This document shows, piece by piece, positions 56,401 to 63,395 of a DNA stretch of 64,000 nucleotides. Numbering within the stretch: the stretch's first letter is position 1; each line of letters begins with the position of its first letter. This DNA is from an uncultured Pirellulaceae bacterium (GTDB lineage: Bacteria > Planctomycetota > Planctomycetia > Pirellulales > Pirellulaceae). Location of the stretch: contig CALHZT010000202.1 in assembly GCA_938040995.1 (NCBI GenBank), positions 7,133 through 71,132 of the forward strand, read 5' to 3'. The notes under the pieces are model-generated. The model saw only the letters and a program-made list of their open reading frames with translations, was not told the origin of the DNA and made no database searches. Position numbers and translations under genes: made by a program.

Positions 56401-57933
56401 GGGCAACGACTCTGAGACGGCGGAGCGTAACTGAGTCGAGTCGATCTGTTGATCCTTGCTCGCGACGAGGTAAGCCACCAGTCGCTGCACTCCCGAATCT
56501 GTCGTTTGCACGACGGCAATCGCCTGCCCGACCGTTGGTTGTTCCTGCAGACGGGCTTCGATCTCTCCCAGCTCGATCCGAAAACCACGTAGCTGAACTT
56601 GTCGGTCGCAGCGGCCAAGATATTCAAGCTCACCATCTGCACGACGACGGCCGAGATCGCCGGTCCGGTAAAGCGTTCCGCCGCCGCTACCATTGCCGTT
56701 GCCATTGTAAAACGGATCGGGAAAAAATCGCTCCGCCGTCAAAGTCGGACGCCGCAAGTAGCCCTGCGAAACACCGGCTCCGCCGACATAGATCTCGCCC
56801 TCGATGCCAACGTCCACGGGCTTTCGGTCTTCGTCGAGGACATGCAGCGTCAAGTCGGGAATTGGTTGGCCAATCAGACTGCTCCGCTCGCCCTCGACAT
56901 CCGCCCGCATTAACCGGCGGTAAGTCACATGCACAGTCGTCTCGGTAATGCCGTACATATTGATCAGCTGTGGGGCGTTGTCGCCGTGTCGCTTGACCCA
57001 GCCGCGAAGGCTACTAAACTCCAGCGCCTCGCCACCAAAAATTACCCGCCTCAGCGAAAGTGGCAGTTCTTCGCTTAGCCGTTCATCAGCCGCCATAAGT
57101 TGGCGAAAGGCAGACGGCGTCTGATTCAAAATCGTGACGTTCTCTTCGGAAAGCAGTCGATAAACCTCGTTGGGTGACCGGCTGGTCGTGTAAGGCACAA
57201 CCACTAGCCGTCCCCCATAGAGCAGCGCTCCCCAAATTTCCCAAACCGAAAAATCAAACGCGTAAGAATGGAAAAGTGTCCACACATCCTTCGCGTCGAA
57301 ATGGAACCAGTGTTCTGTTTTCGTAAACAGTCGCAGCACGTTGAAATGCGAGACCTGCACGCCTTTGGGTTTGCCCGTTGAACCGGACGTGTAAATAACG
57401 TAGGCCGTTCGTTTGCTGCCTTGCTGATTGCTGCAGTTGTCTGCCAAAGGCCAGGGCTCGATCGAGGAATCGTCCCACCTCGGTTCGGCTTGAAGCATAT
57501 CCATCCTGATTAGCGGACAAGCACTTGTGGGAATCGCTGATGCCGTTGAGGCGTCGGTCACAATCGCCGTCGCCTGACAGTCTTCCAGAATCATTTCCAG
57601 ACGCGACTGGGGGTATTCCGGATCGAGTGGAATGTAGGCGGCACCGACCTTGAGTATCCCGATCAGCCCGGCGAGAAGGTTCTCATCGCGAGGCAGCGCC
57701 AACGCCACCATGTCGCCGACTTTGACACCTTGTTCCACGAGCTGCTGTGCGACCTTGTTGGCCCGATGATTCAGCTGGCCATAAGTGATCGAACGTCCAT
57801 CGCAGGTGATCGAAATCGATTCCGGTGAATGTCGCACTTGCTGCTCGAACGCTTGAGACAGGCAGCCGTTGGAGCCAATGATGGCGCTCAATTTCGGTTG
57901 GGGGTCACCCGATTGAGGATTGTGATTCAGCAT
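50416..57933 (-). CDS. hybrid NRPS-PKS, one polypeptide: A-PCP-KS-AT-(linker)-KR-ACP-TE
   Basis: The ORF is 2505 aa. Each domain was identified from its core motifs (see the domain features). There is no condensation domain, so the A-PCP is a loading module. Confidence 0.95.
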   Translation of the reverse strand: MLNHNPQSGDPQPKLSAIIGSNGCLSQAFEQQVRHSPESISITCDGRSITYGQLNHRANKVAQQLVEQGVKVGDMVALALPRDENLLAGLIGILKVGAAYIPLDPEYPQSRLEMILEDCQATAIVTDASTASAIPTSACPLIRMDMLQAEPRWDDSSIEPWPLADNCSNQQGSKRTAYVIYTSGSTGKPKGVQVSHFNVLRLFTKTEHWFHFDAKDVWTLFHSYAFDFSVWEIWGALLYGGRLVVVPYTTSRSPNEVYRLLSEENVTILNQTPSAFRQLMAADERLSEELPLSLRRVIFGGEALEFSSLRGWVKRHGDNAPQLINMYGITETTVHVTYRRLMRADVEGERSSLIGQPIPDLTLHVLDEDRKPVDVGIEGEIYVGGAGVSQGYLRRPTLTAERFFPDPFYNGNGNGSGGGTLYRTGDLGRRRADGELEYLGRCDRQVQLRGFRIELGEIEARLQEQPTVGQAIAVVQTTDSGVQRLVAYLVASKDQQIDSTQLRSAVSESLPEYMVPQFFVPIDEIPLTPNGKLDAKALPEPAPPASDRPYEAPTTDTEQTIATVWCQLLKLDRVSVDHSFFELGGQSLMLAEMELRLNKVLPSSKFAIVDLFQHPTIAELATYLDSEDQKTKGSGSKAAKTNSRVQLEPIAIVGMAARVPGAESVDEFWENLKNGVESIRRLTPEELLAAGVPAAQVNDPNYVPVTSSLTDVDKFDAEFFGISPHEAKITDPQHRIFLECAWSALEHAGYDPDSDHGEIGVFAGARPNDYRALIDRALGPPDPATAFQTLISNEKDFLSTRVSFRLNLTGPSMTVQTGCSTSLVAVQLACQSLQLGQCSLALAGGVSVNLEYRNGYLSQEGMVLSPDGRVRTFDDDAQGTVFGEGVGAVVLKRLSDAKADGDTIHAVIKTVAINNDGGSKMGYSAPSTDGQCQVVQMAHEQSGITADQVGYIEAHGTGTFVGDPVEVDALTKAFRASTDDSNYCWIGSVKTNVGHQDVAAGIVGLIKAACAVRDGTIPPSLHFRTPNRNANFADSPFRVATELTEWPQRQPGQRRIAGVSAFGIGGTNAHAILEEPPSATSPEPPSTQDDDSHSNCSTPAASETGAPHLLLLSARNESALDIATRHLGEYLHQQPETSLASIERTLKHGRRAFQARRVVMGRTREELQAALADPGSHSDNIVQSINVTAARKTSVAFLFPGQGAQYVGMTRDLYDADKSFRADVDEFCQYAQPTLSVDLRQAIFEQDSTAATQLSETWLTQPAIVVIELALARLWMRQGVQPDYVVGHSIGELAAACIAGVFTPKTAIELAVLRGRLLQDLPRGKMLAVTLPESSVRERLPSGLSMAVVNSPQHCVVSGPTAAVDAFAEQLDSEEVAFRALRTSHAFHSAMMEPAMATFQAEVARRDRREPQLPIVSTVTGTWVSNGEMTQPEYWARNIRQTVNFSSAAAALVDRKTNVFIEVGPGQTLSSLVRLQPDLAGHTIRSTRHPKQESNDVDVWWKSLAEAWANGAAVDWPQNPDARPRCVPLPTYPFQRKRFWVEDAPPGTRSPAVATATTTTVDVATPALMNAEIASALPQRREPFDDWFYVPDWEPLSGNPPESTQATDVVWLVFAGEDAASQSLVKKLRSDMSGSQVTLVRAAESFHQVSEAEFTIDPNAPKHFDQLLQTMADAGRFPTRIVHLWQWNDDQSIDTSNAGWQGELQRQQSLGIYSLQFLAQSLGRFHIDTPIALSIFTHGHADSVCSTGFSRNPAATAATNSTTIPPKDGTTNSAAIHANRASLLGAAKVIPLEYPQIECRLVDIATTAWEQASDELQLAIDDVWIAYRDGQRCAPSVRRLPLDASYENTARLKQGGTYLVTGGLGGIGFSLARKLLETVNANVILLGRSPLPPRDEWKDWLDQHDADDGTSQKIQRLQQLESLPGSVVLLPADVSDEQQLRDAIATGTQQFGPIHGVVHAAGVADTAGAIQLRDKDATERMLQSKIKGSYALEAALADHPVEFWVLYSSISNVLYHNRYGQLSYVAANSFLEAFAARQRERGIHAVAIASDEWQSIGMAAEVARDFAESFGTGQRLFDPFDSFTPDQGAAMFQRVLACDASTVLISTRDLARRVELDIHAKSPFLEAARQARESDSQAVSDSAAGSNDALSGERQIARMWERLLSIPKVAADDNYFELGGDSLSAVRFLAELEKQFGQRLPFAAMVEFSTPARLAEHLGLDQATEPVAAATPATPAHRSTLVEIAVSTNKPRVFCMHAADGYALIFRELAARIEDAYSVYGLQSPALFGEPVESIEGLAKRYVNDILAVQPQGPYLLTGYCMGGTIALEVAQQLKAAGEETVLICIETYNWSTSQAASKSFWVKLLYNLQRVDYHFRNFLKLKYVDKLSFLREKWEVLKRRRKTWISRWSVASPSGDAEQTAAEIWRRHDEIAEHYQATTYDGKIILFRPQRDYLRYQDQEFPTTCETELHRLPVYPAGMMVPPFVDALTIKFTTCLDKALAKLQ
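50419..51186 (-). other. C-terminal thioesterase-like alpha/beta domain with Cys in the nucleophile elbow
   Basis: PRVFCMHAADG is followed by LLTGYCMGGTIALEVA. The Cys2321 codon tgc is the reverse complement of gca at 50971-50973, checked base by base. Confidence 0.75.
51268..51486 (-). other. acyl carrier protein domain (Ser2182 in YFELGGDSLSAV)
   Basis: The GGDS phosphopantetheine attachment motif is present. Confidence 0.85.
51754..52371 (-). other. ketoreductase catalytic subdomain
   Basis: GTYLVTGGLGGIGFSLARKL is the NADPH-binding motif. The downstream YSSISNV...YVAAN supplies the Ser/Tyr/Asn catalytic residues. The about 270 aa before it look like the KR structural subdomain. Confidence 0.8.
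52618..52705 (+). repeat. Repeat family R2, full double-hairpin copy embedded in frame in the NRPS-PKS coding sequence
   Basis: The plus strand reads ttcgtagtaccgtctttaggcggaa...attccggctaaagccggtgctgcaaac. This matches 11401-11470 in both hairpin modules, with a longer spacer. It is translated on the minus strand as CSTGFSRNPAATAATNSTTIPPKDGTTNS. Confidence 0.75.
53494..54354 (-). other. acyltransferase domain (Ser1289), malonyl-type motif
   Basis: Motifs are FLFPGQGAQYVGM, GHSIGELAAA and SHAFHS. HAFH is the motif associated with malonyl-CoA specificity. Confidence 0.85.
54709..55992 (-). other. ketosynthase domain (Cys819, His955, His995)
   Basis: Motifs are EPIAIVGMAARVPGA, TVQTGCSTSLVAV, EAHGTGTFVGDPVE, NVGHQDVAAG and GGTNAHAILEE. 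Confidence 0.9.
56050..56268 (-). other. peptidyl carrier protein domain (Ser587 in FFELGGQSLML)
   Basis: The GGxS phosphopantetheine attachment motif is present. Confidence 0.85.
56314..57876 (-). other. NRPS adenylation domain (aa about 20-540)
   Basis: Core motifs are LKVGAAYIPLD, YVIYTSGSTGKPKGV, FDFSVWE, NMYGITETT, YRTGDL, GRCDRQVQLRGFRIELGEIE and LTPNGKLD. Confidence 0.9.
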
Positions 57934-58367
57934 TTTGTTATTTAGCCGTCCACCAACAACTTCAAGTAGAAAAACACCAGTCTAAAACGGGCTGGGATAG
58001 CGCGTCGGAACCTTGCGAATAAAAGAAGGATGGAGATATCGAGATTGCTTTTGATACAACCTCCATAATAATTCAACCTCGCGGCAAGTGCGTCGAGATT
58101 CGGCGATCGGCTGCCGAAAAGCGAGCCATCCGCGAACATTCAGGGGGTTTGCGAAGAGTACGCTTTATCGGGCTTCAGATAGCCATGAATCAGTCGTTTC
58201 CCAACCGGACCATTTCGGCTGGATGTTTCCACCGGGGAGCGACCAAGCCGCTGACACCCGGTATCCATCAAGCTCACGCTGACAGATGGTCGTGGAAATC
58301 ACGCACAATCGATATTTCTGGCGGAAGTCGAATTTCCATCCGCTTCGTGGAATGAAAAGCTGTCATC

Positions 58368-58592
58368 CTAAGCTTAGGATCGTTCGATCAATGAGTGTCG
58401 AATCTCCGTTCATGCGACTCGATTGACGGCCTATGGCCGTCTTCCCCGCGAACGCGGGGACCCACTCGAAGCGTACTAACGCTCAATATCTTTCCCTGCA
58501 TCAAAAAGCCAATCCGATTTAATGGATTCCCGCCTGTGCGGGAAAGACGGAGGAAGATCAGGCAGTGATTTCTCGAACGTTCCCAAGTTTTA
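58368..58592 (+). mobile_element. MITE-like repeat family R1, copy 3 (uninterrupted)
   Basis: The element runs ctaagcttaggatcgttcgatcaatgagtgtcgaatctccgttcatg...ccgtcttccccgcgaacgcgggg...cccgcctgtgcgggaaagacgg...tctcgaacg. It sits in the 750-bp gap between the GT4 gene and the NRPS-PKS gene. Confidence 0.8.
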
Positions 58593-58683
58593 AGGCGAGC
58601 GGCGGATAAAAATTTACCTGCTTGCGTTCTTGAGCCGCTACGGCCACCGATGTCTTATCGGTAAATTCTTACTCGCCTTTCGC

Positions 58684-59904
58684 CTAAACGAGCTGAGATG
58701 ACGTCGACTGGACTTTGCGATAAGTCGCGATTAGAGATTCTTTCTGATGCTTCCATGCCAATTCGGACTCGATTCGACGGCGTCCCTTTTCGCCCATCGA
58801 CTGACGTAGATCTGGCTCATCCATCAGTTTTTGCAGGCACTCAGCAAAGTGCAGTACGTCACCGGGCTTTGCGTAGAGCGACGCATCGCCTGCGCTGTAG
58901 CGGTGTTCTGGCATGTCATAACCCACGACTGGTTTGGACATGGCCATGTATTCCATCGTTTTGATCATGGTGCACGAGGCGTTATACGAATTGACCGGAT
59001 CGGGAGTCACCATGATGTCGCACGAAGCGATGTGTGAATACAACGCATTGCCTTGTTGATATCCCACAAACGCCATCTTGTCGTCGAGCTGCAACTCCAC
59101 CGACAGATCTTTGAGGCTTTGCAGTGCCGGGCCGTCTCCAATGATTAGGCCAAAGAAGTCGTCGCGGTTCAGGTCTCTGGTCAGTCGTCCCATCGCCTGA
59201 AGAAAACTGTCGACGCCATCCTGAAAACCAATACACCCCATGTACCCGAGAATGATCTTGTCCATCGCCCGATACTCGGGCAGGGGAGTCGCCCCCACCA
59301 TCTGCTGGAACCTTGGGCCGTTGCGCACCACATTGGTGCGAGCCGGATCGACATGACACCGGGAAATGTCACTCGCGCGTTGTGACTCGTTGGTTTGAAT
59401 CATCTGGTCGGCCAGCCGACAGGACCGACGTTCAAACCACTTCAATATTCGCACCAGCAGTGAATCTTCACTTGCCTGGGACTGGGCCTGATACAACTCT
59501 GGTGAAAGGTCGTGGTGATCCATCACGTAGCGGACACCAAACAGCTTGAACCAGGCTCCGATCGTGACATACATATCAGGCGGTGTATGCACGTGCAACG
59601 CATCGAACCCGTACCGGAGGAACAGGTAATTGGCAATGAAAAATGCCATCGTCAGACTGTATCCGTATTCGACCACATAACCGATCAGTCCCGACCACTC
59701 TGGCGGCGCAGGGTAACGATACACGGTGACGCCGTCCATCACTTCACGGCGCTTCGACGTGTACGCATCCCTGGGACACACGACGCTGACCGTATGACCT
59801 GCTTCGGCTAATGCCGTCGCTTCGTTGGCAACTCGCGTGTCGTCTGGATAACCGCCATTTTCGAGGAGCATCAGAATGCGGCACGGTTTGGTAAGTTCTG
59901 TCAT
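58684..59904 (-). CDS. GT4-family (GT-B fold) glycosyltransferase
   Basis: ATG 59904 gives MTELTKPCRILMLLENGGYPDDTRVANEATALAEAGHTVSVV. The C-terminal part is Glycos_transf_1-like (FVGYQ...IMVTPD...KTMEYMAMSKPVVGYD). The longer listed ORF would overlap the upstream gene. Confidence 0.8.
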   Translation of the reverse strand: MTELTKPCRILMLLENGGYPDDTRVANEATALAEAGHTVSVVCPRDAYTSKRREVMDGVTVYRYPAPPEWSGLIGYVVEYGYSLTMAFFIANYLFLRYGFDALHVHTPPDMYVTIGAWFKLFGVRYVMDHHDLSPELYQAQSQASEDSLLVRILKWFERRSCRLADQMIQTNESQRASDISRCHVDPARTNVVRNGPRFQQMVGATPLPEYRAMDKIILGYMGCIGFQDGVDSFLQAMGRLTRDLNRDDFFGLIIGDGPALQSLKDLSVELQLDDKMAFVGYQQGNALYSHIASCDIMVTPDPVNSYNASCTMIKTMEYMAMSKPVVGYDMPEHRYSAGDASLYAKPGDVLHFAECLQKLMDEPDLRQSMGEKGRRRIESELAWKHQKESLIATYRKVQSTSSQLV

Positions 59905-60109
59905 CTCGCTTTTGTCTTGCCGCCATAAAGAATAGTAAATCGACTGGATGCCGGGAAATTTCATCCCCGTTTTGATGAGCAGCGTCATACCATCAAAAGA
60001 ATTCGCTGCGTGCGCACCGACGGGGTGCAACCACACACGCCAACGACTCGTTATTGCCCTAATACAGTTTACGAACAAGGCAACGACTTCCCTACCAACA
60101 AACCCACAA

Positions 60110-61132
60110 TTATTCTTCCTTCGCGTAATCGGAATTCGACTGATCATTGCTCTGTTCGTGCCCCGTGAGTGAGCGACACCAAGTCGCCATTTCGTGTGGT
60201 AACACGTGCCATGGAGAGGTTTCGTCGCGAAGATATCGCAAAAAGTCACCGTACACCTTCAGTCGGGAAGGGGTGTCAAGATAATCGGGGTGAGTCACCA
60301 TTAATGCCATGCCGTGCAATCTACGGATCGTCGCCAACTTTTGCCGCCAGTAATCGTCCGTGGTCTGTCGCAATGTGACCAGCAGCGTGTGATCTTGCGG
60401 CAACGTGTATGGAAGTTCGACAAATTTTCCGAACACGAATGGCCACAAACTGCCGACGCCGCCAGGCATGGCCTGGAATGGATCGCTGTCAAAGCACGAT
60501 GCGTCATAGTCAATATTCAACTGCTGCAACCAGTGCATATTGCGGTGTACCATCGGTGCGCGAAATCCGGTAGCACCCAGCTCATCGATCGCTCGATTGA
60601 TGCCGGGTACTCGCGAATTGAATATCTTTTCGCTCAGGAACAGCTTGCCGTCATGGTTGTAACCATGAACGCCAACTTCGTGCCCGCGTCGTTTGAGATC
60701 GCGGACCAGCCCCGGGTCTGTCTTGTACTTGTATGGGATGAAGTACCAGCAGGACCGAAAACCAAGCTCTTCTTCGAGCTGGGCAATCGGCTCGATAATC
60801 TTCAGGCCTTCTTTGGTCTCAACATCATGTGAAAGGACGAGTGAAAATTCGGCGGAGTTTGGCCAAATCGAGTTCAGTGTGACATCTTCCTTGTCCATGA
60901 ACTCGATCAGCCGTTGGGGCATGAACTGGTCAAGGCTCGTGTCCGCACTCTGGTTGCGCATCCGCTGCAGCAGCTGCCGGACAAAGATTGGTAGTAGGCC
61001 GCGGATCTGGTAAAAGGCGCGGAACGTGGGCGAAAGCCTCGCCGATTCGATGTCTTCGTGAAGCGATTGCTCGAGATGGTTAACCAGCTCGCCTTTCAGA
61101 GGGTAGCTGGCCTGTAGGGATTGGCTATTCAT
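60110..61132 (-). CDS. polysaccharide deacetylase-like (NodB/CE4-type) protein
   Basis: LVLSHDVETKEGL supplies the Asp motif. RRGHEVGVHGYNHDG supplies the His-x-x-x-x-His metal motif. The start was set at ATG 61132, 22 nt after the AsnB-like stop codon. Confidence 0.65.
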   Translation of the reverse strand: MNSQSLQASYPLKGELVNHLEQSLHEDIESARLSPTFRAFYQIRGLLPIFVRQLLQRMRNQSADTSLDQFMPQRLIEFMDKEDVTLNSIWPNSAEFSLVLSHDVETKEGLKIIEPIAQLEEELGFRSCWYFIPYKYKTDPGLVRDLKRRGHEVGVHGYNHDGKLFLSEKIFNSRVPGINRAIDELGATGFRAPMVHRNMHWLQQLNIDYDASCFDSDPFQAMPGGVGSLWPFVFGKFVELPYTLPQDHTLLVTLRQTTDDYWRQKLATIRRLHGMALMVTHPDYLDTPSRLKVYGDFLRYLRDETSPWHVLPHEMATWCRSLTGHEQSNDQSNSDYAKEE

Positions 61133-61154
61133 GGATGTCAGGTCTGTGGTGATG

Positions 61155-63155
61155 TCAGGTCTGTGGGGTATTGGCCGCGTCTGTTTGTAGGTTGTTTTTC
61201 CTTGATGAAGTAAAGTCCTGTCCATTATCCAGGCTCGGTCCCTCAGCCATGGCATTGGTGGAAGAAGAGGCGTCGACAAATCGACGCATCCACATTTCGA
61301 AACTCATCAGGCCCCAAAGCTCGGTAGCAAAATCTGCATAGCCGTTTTCGTGCAGCTTCATCATTTTTTCTACACGTTCAAAGCGAAAGAGCCCGCGTGA
61401 TTCGATTGACGACTTCGTCAATAAATCGCGCATCATCGGTTGCGCCTCTTTTCGCAGCCATTTTTCGATCGGAATGGGGAAGCCCTGTTTGGGTCGGTTG
61501 ATAATGCTCTCAGGAATCAGTCGCCCAGCGGCCTGCTTGAGCAGGTACTTGCGACTGCGCCCGCGCAGTTTCATGTTTGCAGGCAGGGAAGCCGCGAATT
61601 CCACGAGCTTGTGATCGAGAAGCGGCACGCGTGCTTCGAGGGAATTGGCCATGGTCAGTTTGTCGCCACGCAAGAGCAGGTAATCGACCAGCCAGAGTTT
61701 CGAGTCGACGTAGAGCATGCGGTTCAGTGGATCGCGGGCATCGGTGCGATCGAGGTGCGACGCAAACGCCGCGGCAGCTCCCGCCCGTGCATGATGCATG
61801 TTGCTCGCGAGCAGTTCCGCCTTGGCATCGTCGCTGAACATCGGGAACCAGTTGGCGAAGCGAGTCGCCTCGTCACCGATCGTCAACGCGTTAAGGGCAA
61901 TTTTGGCTCGCCGCATGCCCGGCAACATACGAGCCAGTCCGCAAGTTGGTTTTCGCAGCACGCCCTGGAGCGGCCAGAATTTCGGCGAATGCTGCTCGCC
62001 TTCGTAGCGGGCGTATCCAGCGAACAATTCGTCACCGCCCTCACCGGTCAGGACCATCTTCACGTGTTGCCTGGCCAGTTTTGCGACCATATGCGTGGCG
62101 ACGGTGGCTTGATCGGCAATCGGCTGATCAAGATGGAAGAGGACTTTTTCGGCGTGCTCCAAAAAGTCACTAGGACCGATCAGGAACGAATGGAATTCGC
62201 AGCCGAACCGGTCGGCGATCACGCGTGCGTAAGGCAGCTCGTCCATGGACTGGCCGTCGGACGACTGATGATCAAAGCCCACGGTGAATGTCTTTACGGG
62301 TTGGTTCATGGCTTCGGCCATCAGCGCAACGATCGTGCTGCTGTCGATGCCTCCGCTGAGGAAGGCGCCGAAGGGCACGTCGGCTCGCAGCCGCAACTGG
62401 ACCGACTCCCGCAAGATCGACAGGAGTTCGTCGGTGGCGTCCTCTTCCGACATCGAGGCACGAGTCGGCTCGTAGGATATATCCCAGTAACGCTCGATCT
62501 TCAGGCTGTTCTTTCCGCCGCCCGCGCGGACACGAATGGAATGGCCGGGAGGTAACGACTGAATATCCGCAAACATGGTGCGCGGAGCCGGAACGTATTT
62601 GAGCGAGAGATAGTCGCTGAGCGCGAGTTGGTCCAGGCGTGCATCGACGCGGGGATGGCGGAGCAGTGATTTGACTTCCGAGCCGAAGATAAGCGTGTCG
62701 CCGCGCACCGCGTAATAGAGCGGCTTGATGCCCATGCGGTCGCGGACAATGAATAGCTCGCGATCATGATGGTCCCAGATGGCAAAGGCGAACATGCCAC
62801 GCAGCTCATCAACGCAAGCCGGACCCATCTCTTCGTAGAGGTGAATGATGACTTCGGTGTCGCTCTGTGTGCGGAATTGATGACCGCGTTCGATCAGTTC
62901 TTTTCGCAGTTCCCGGTAGTTGTAGATTTCACCGTTAAAGACGATGCCGTAGCGTCCGCTCTCGTCGTAGATCGGCTGTTGGCCGTCAGCAAGGTCGATG
63001 ATACTCAAGCGTCGCATGCCCATCGCCAGCGGGCCGTCCACAAGTTCACCCCATTCATCGGGACCACGGTGGATGATCGAATCGAGCATCGGCCGCAGCA
63101 CCGAAGGATCGGTGACGGATTCGGTCAGTTCGAGATATCCAGCGATTCCACACAT
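61155..63155 (-). CDS. asnB: asparagine synthase (glutamine-hydrolysing) family amidotransferase
   Basis: MCGIAGY provides the N-terminal Cys2 nucleophile. The GATase-II motifs follow. FLSGGIDSS is the PP-loop of the synthetase domain. Confidence 0.9.
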   Translation of the reverse strand: MCGIAGYLELTESVTDPSVLRPMLDSIIHRGPDEWGELVDGPLAMGMRRLSIIDLADGQQPIYDESGRYGIVFNGEIYNYRELRKELIERGHQFRTQSDTEVIIHLYEEMGPACVDELRGMFAFAIWDHHDRELFIVRDRMGIKPLYYAVRGDTLIFGSEVKSLLRHPRVDARLDQLALSDYLSLKYVPAPRTMFADIQSLPPGHSIRVRAGGGKNSLKIERYWDISYEPTRASMSEEDATDELLSILRESVQLRLRADVPFGAFLSGGIDSSTIVALMAEAMNQPVKTFTVGFDHQSSDGQSMDELPYARVIADRFGCEFHSFLIGPSDFLEHAEKVLFHLDQPIADQATVATHMVAKLARQHVKMVLTGEGGDELFAGYARYEGEQHSPKFWPLQGVLRKPTCGLARMLPGMRRAKIALNALTIGDEATRFANWFPMFSDDAKAELLASNMHHARAGAAAAFASHLDRTDARDPLNRMLYVDSKLWLVDYLLLRGDKLTMANSLEARVPLLDHKLVEFAASLPANMKLRGRSRKYLLKQAAGRLIPESIINRPKQGFPIPIEKWLRKEAQPMMRDLLTKSSIESRGLFRFERVEKMMKLHENGYADFATELWGLMSFEMWMRRFVDASSSTNAMAEGPSLDNGQDFTSSRKNNLQTDAANTPQT

Positions 63156-63194
63156 GGGTTTATTGTTGTGTTCGTTGTTTGTAGTTGGTGATTT

Positions 63195-63382
63195 TGGCGA
63201 ACCGGCTGCGTAAGCTGCCGGGTGTGCGGGATGGAGAGGTATGTAGTGGTTGCTTATTGTGCAGTGTCATCGTCGATTTGCAGATACAGAGTGCATGGGC
63301 AGTTTCCACCCGGCAGCTTACGCAGCCGGTTCGCCTGAAACTGATTGAGTAGTACTGGCCTAAAGCCGGTACTACCAACTCG
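63195..63382. repeat. R3 inverted pair followed by a partial R2 hairpin
   Basis: ggcgaaccggctgcgtaagctgccgggtg (63195-) faces cacccggcagcttacgcagccggttcgcc (-63335). It is followed by gtagtactggcctaaagccggtactaccaac. The block begins 40 nt upstream of the AsnB-like start codon. Confidence 0.75.
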
Positions 63383-63395
63383 CATATGTTGTCCT

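Noticed and set aside
58684-60249. The longer 521-aa version of the GT4 ORF and the 389-aa version of the deacetylase ORF (60110..61279)
   Set aside because: The N-terminal extensions overlap the upstream genes by more than 100 nt and are Arg/Cys/Trp-rich without family similarity. Internal ATGs at 59904 and 61132 give compact, non-overlapping genes that start at the conserved domain.
61440-62555. A 371-aa ORF antisense to the AsnB-like gene. Similar long antisense or out-of-frame ORFs lie at 10572..11306, 22783..23571, 25187..25849, 44985..45686, 47509..48204 and 4784..5443.
   Set aside because: Each lies entirely inside a CDS with strong family motifs on the other strand or frame. Their translations are Arg/Ser/Pro-rich and motif-free, which is typical of shadow ORFs in GC-rich DNA.
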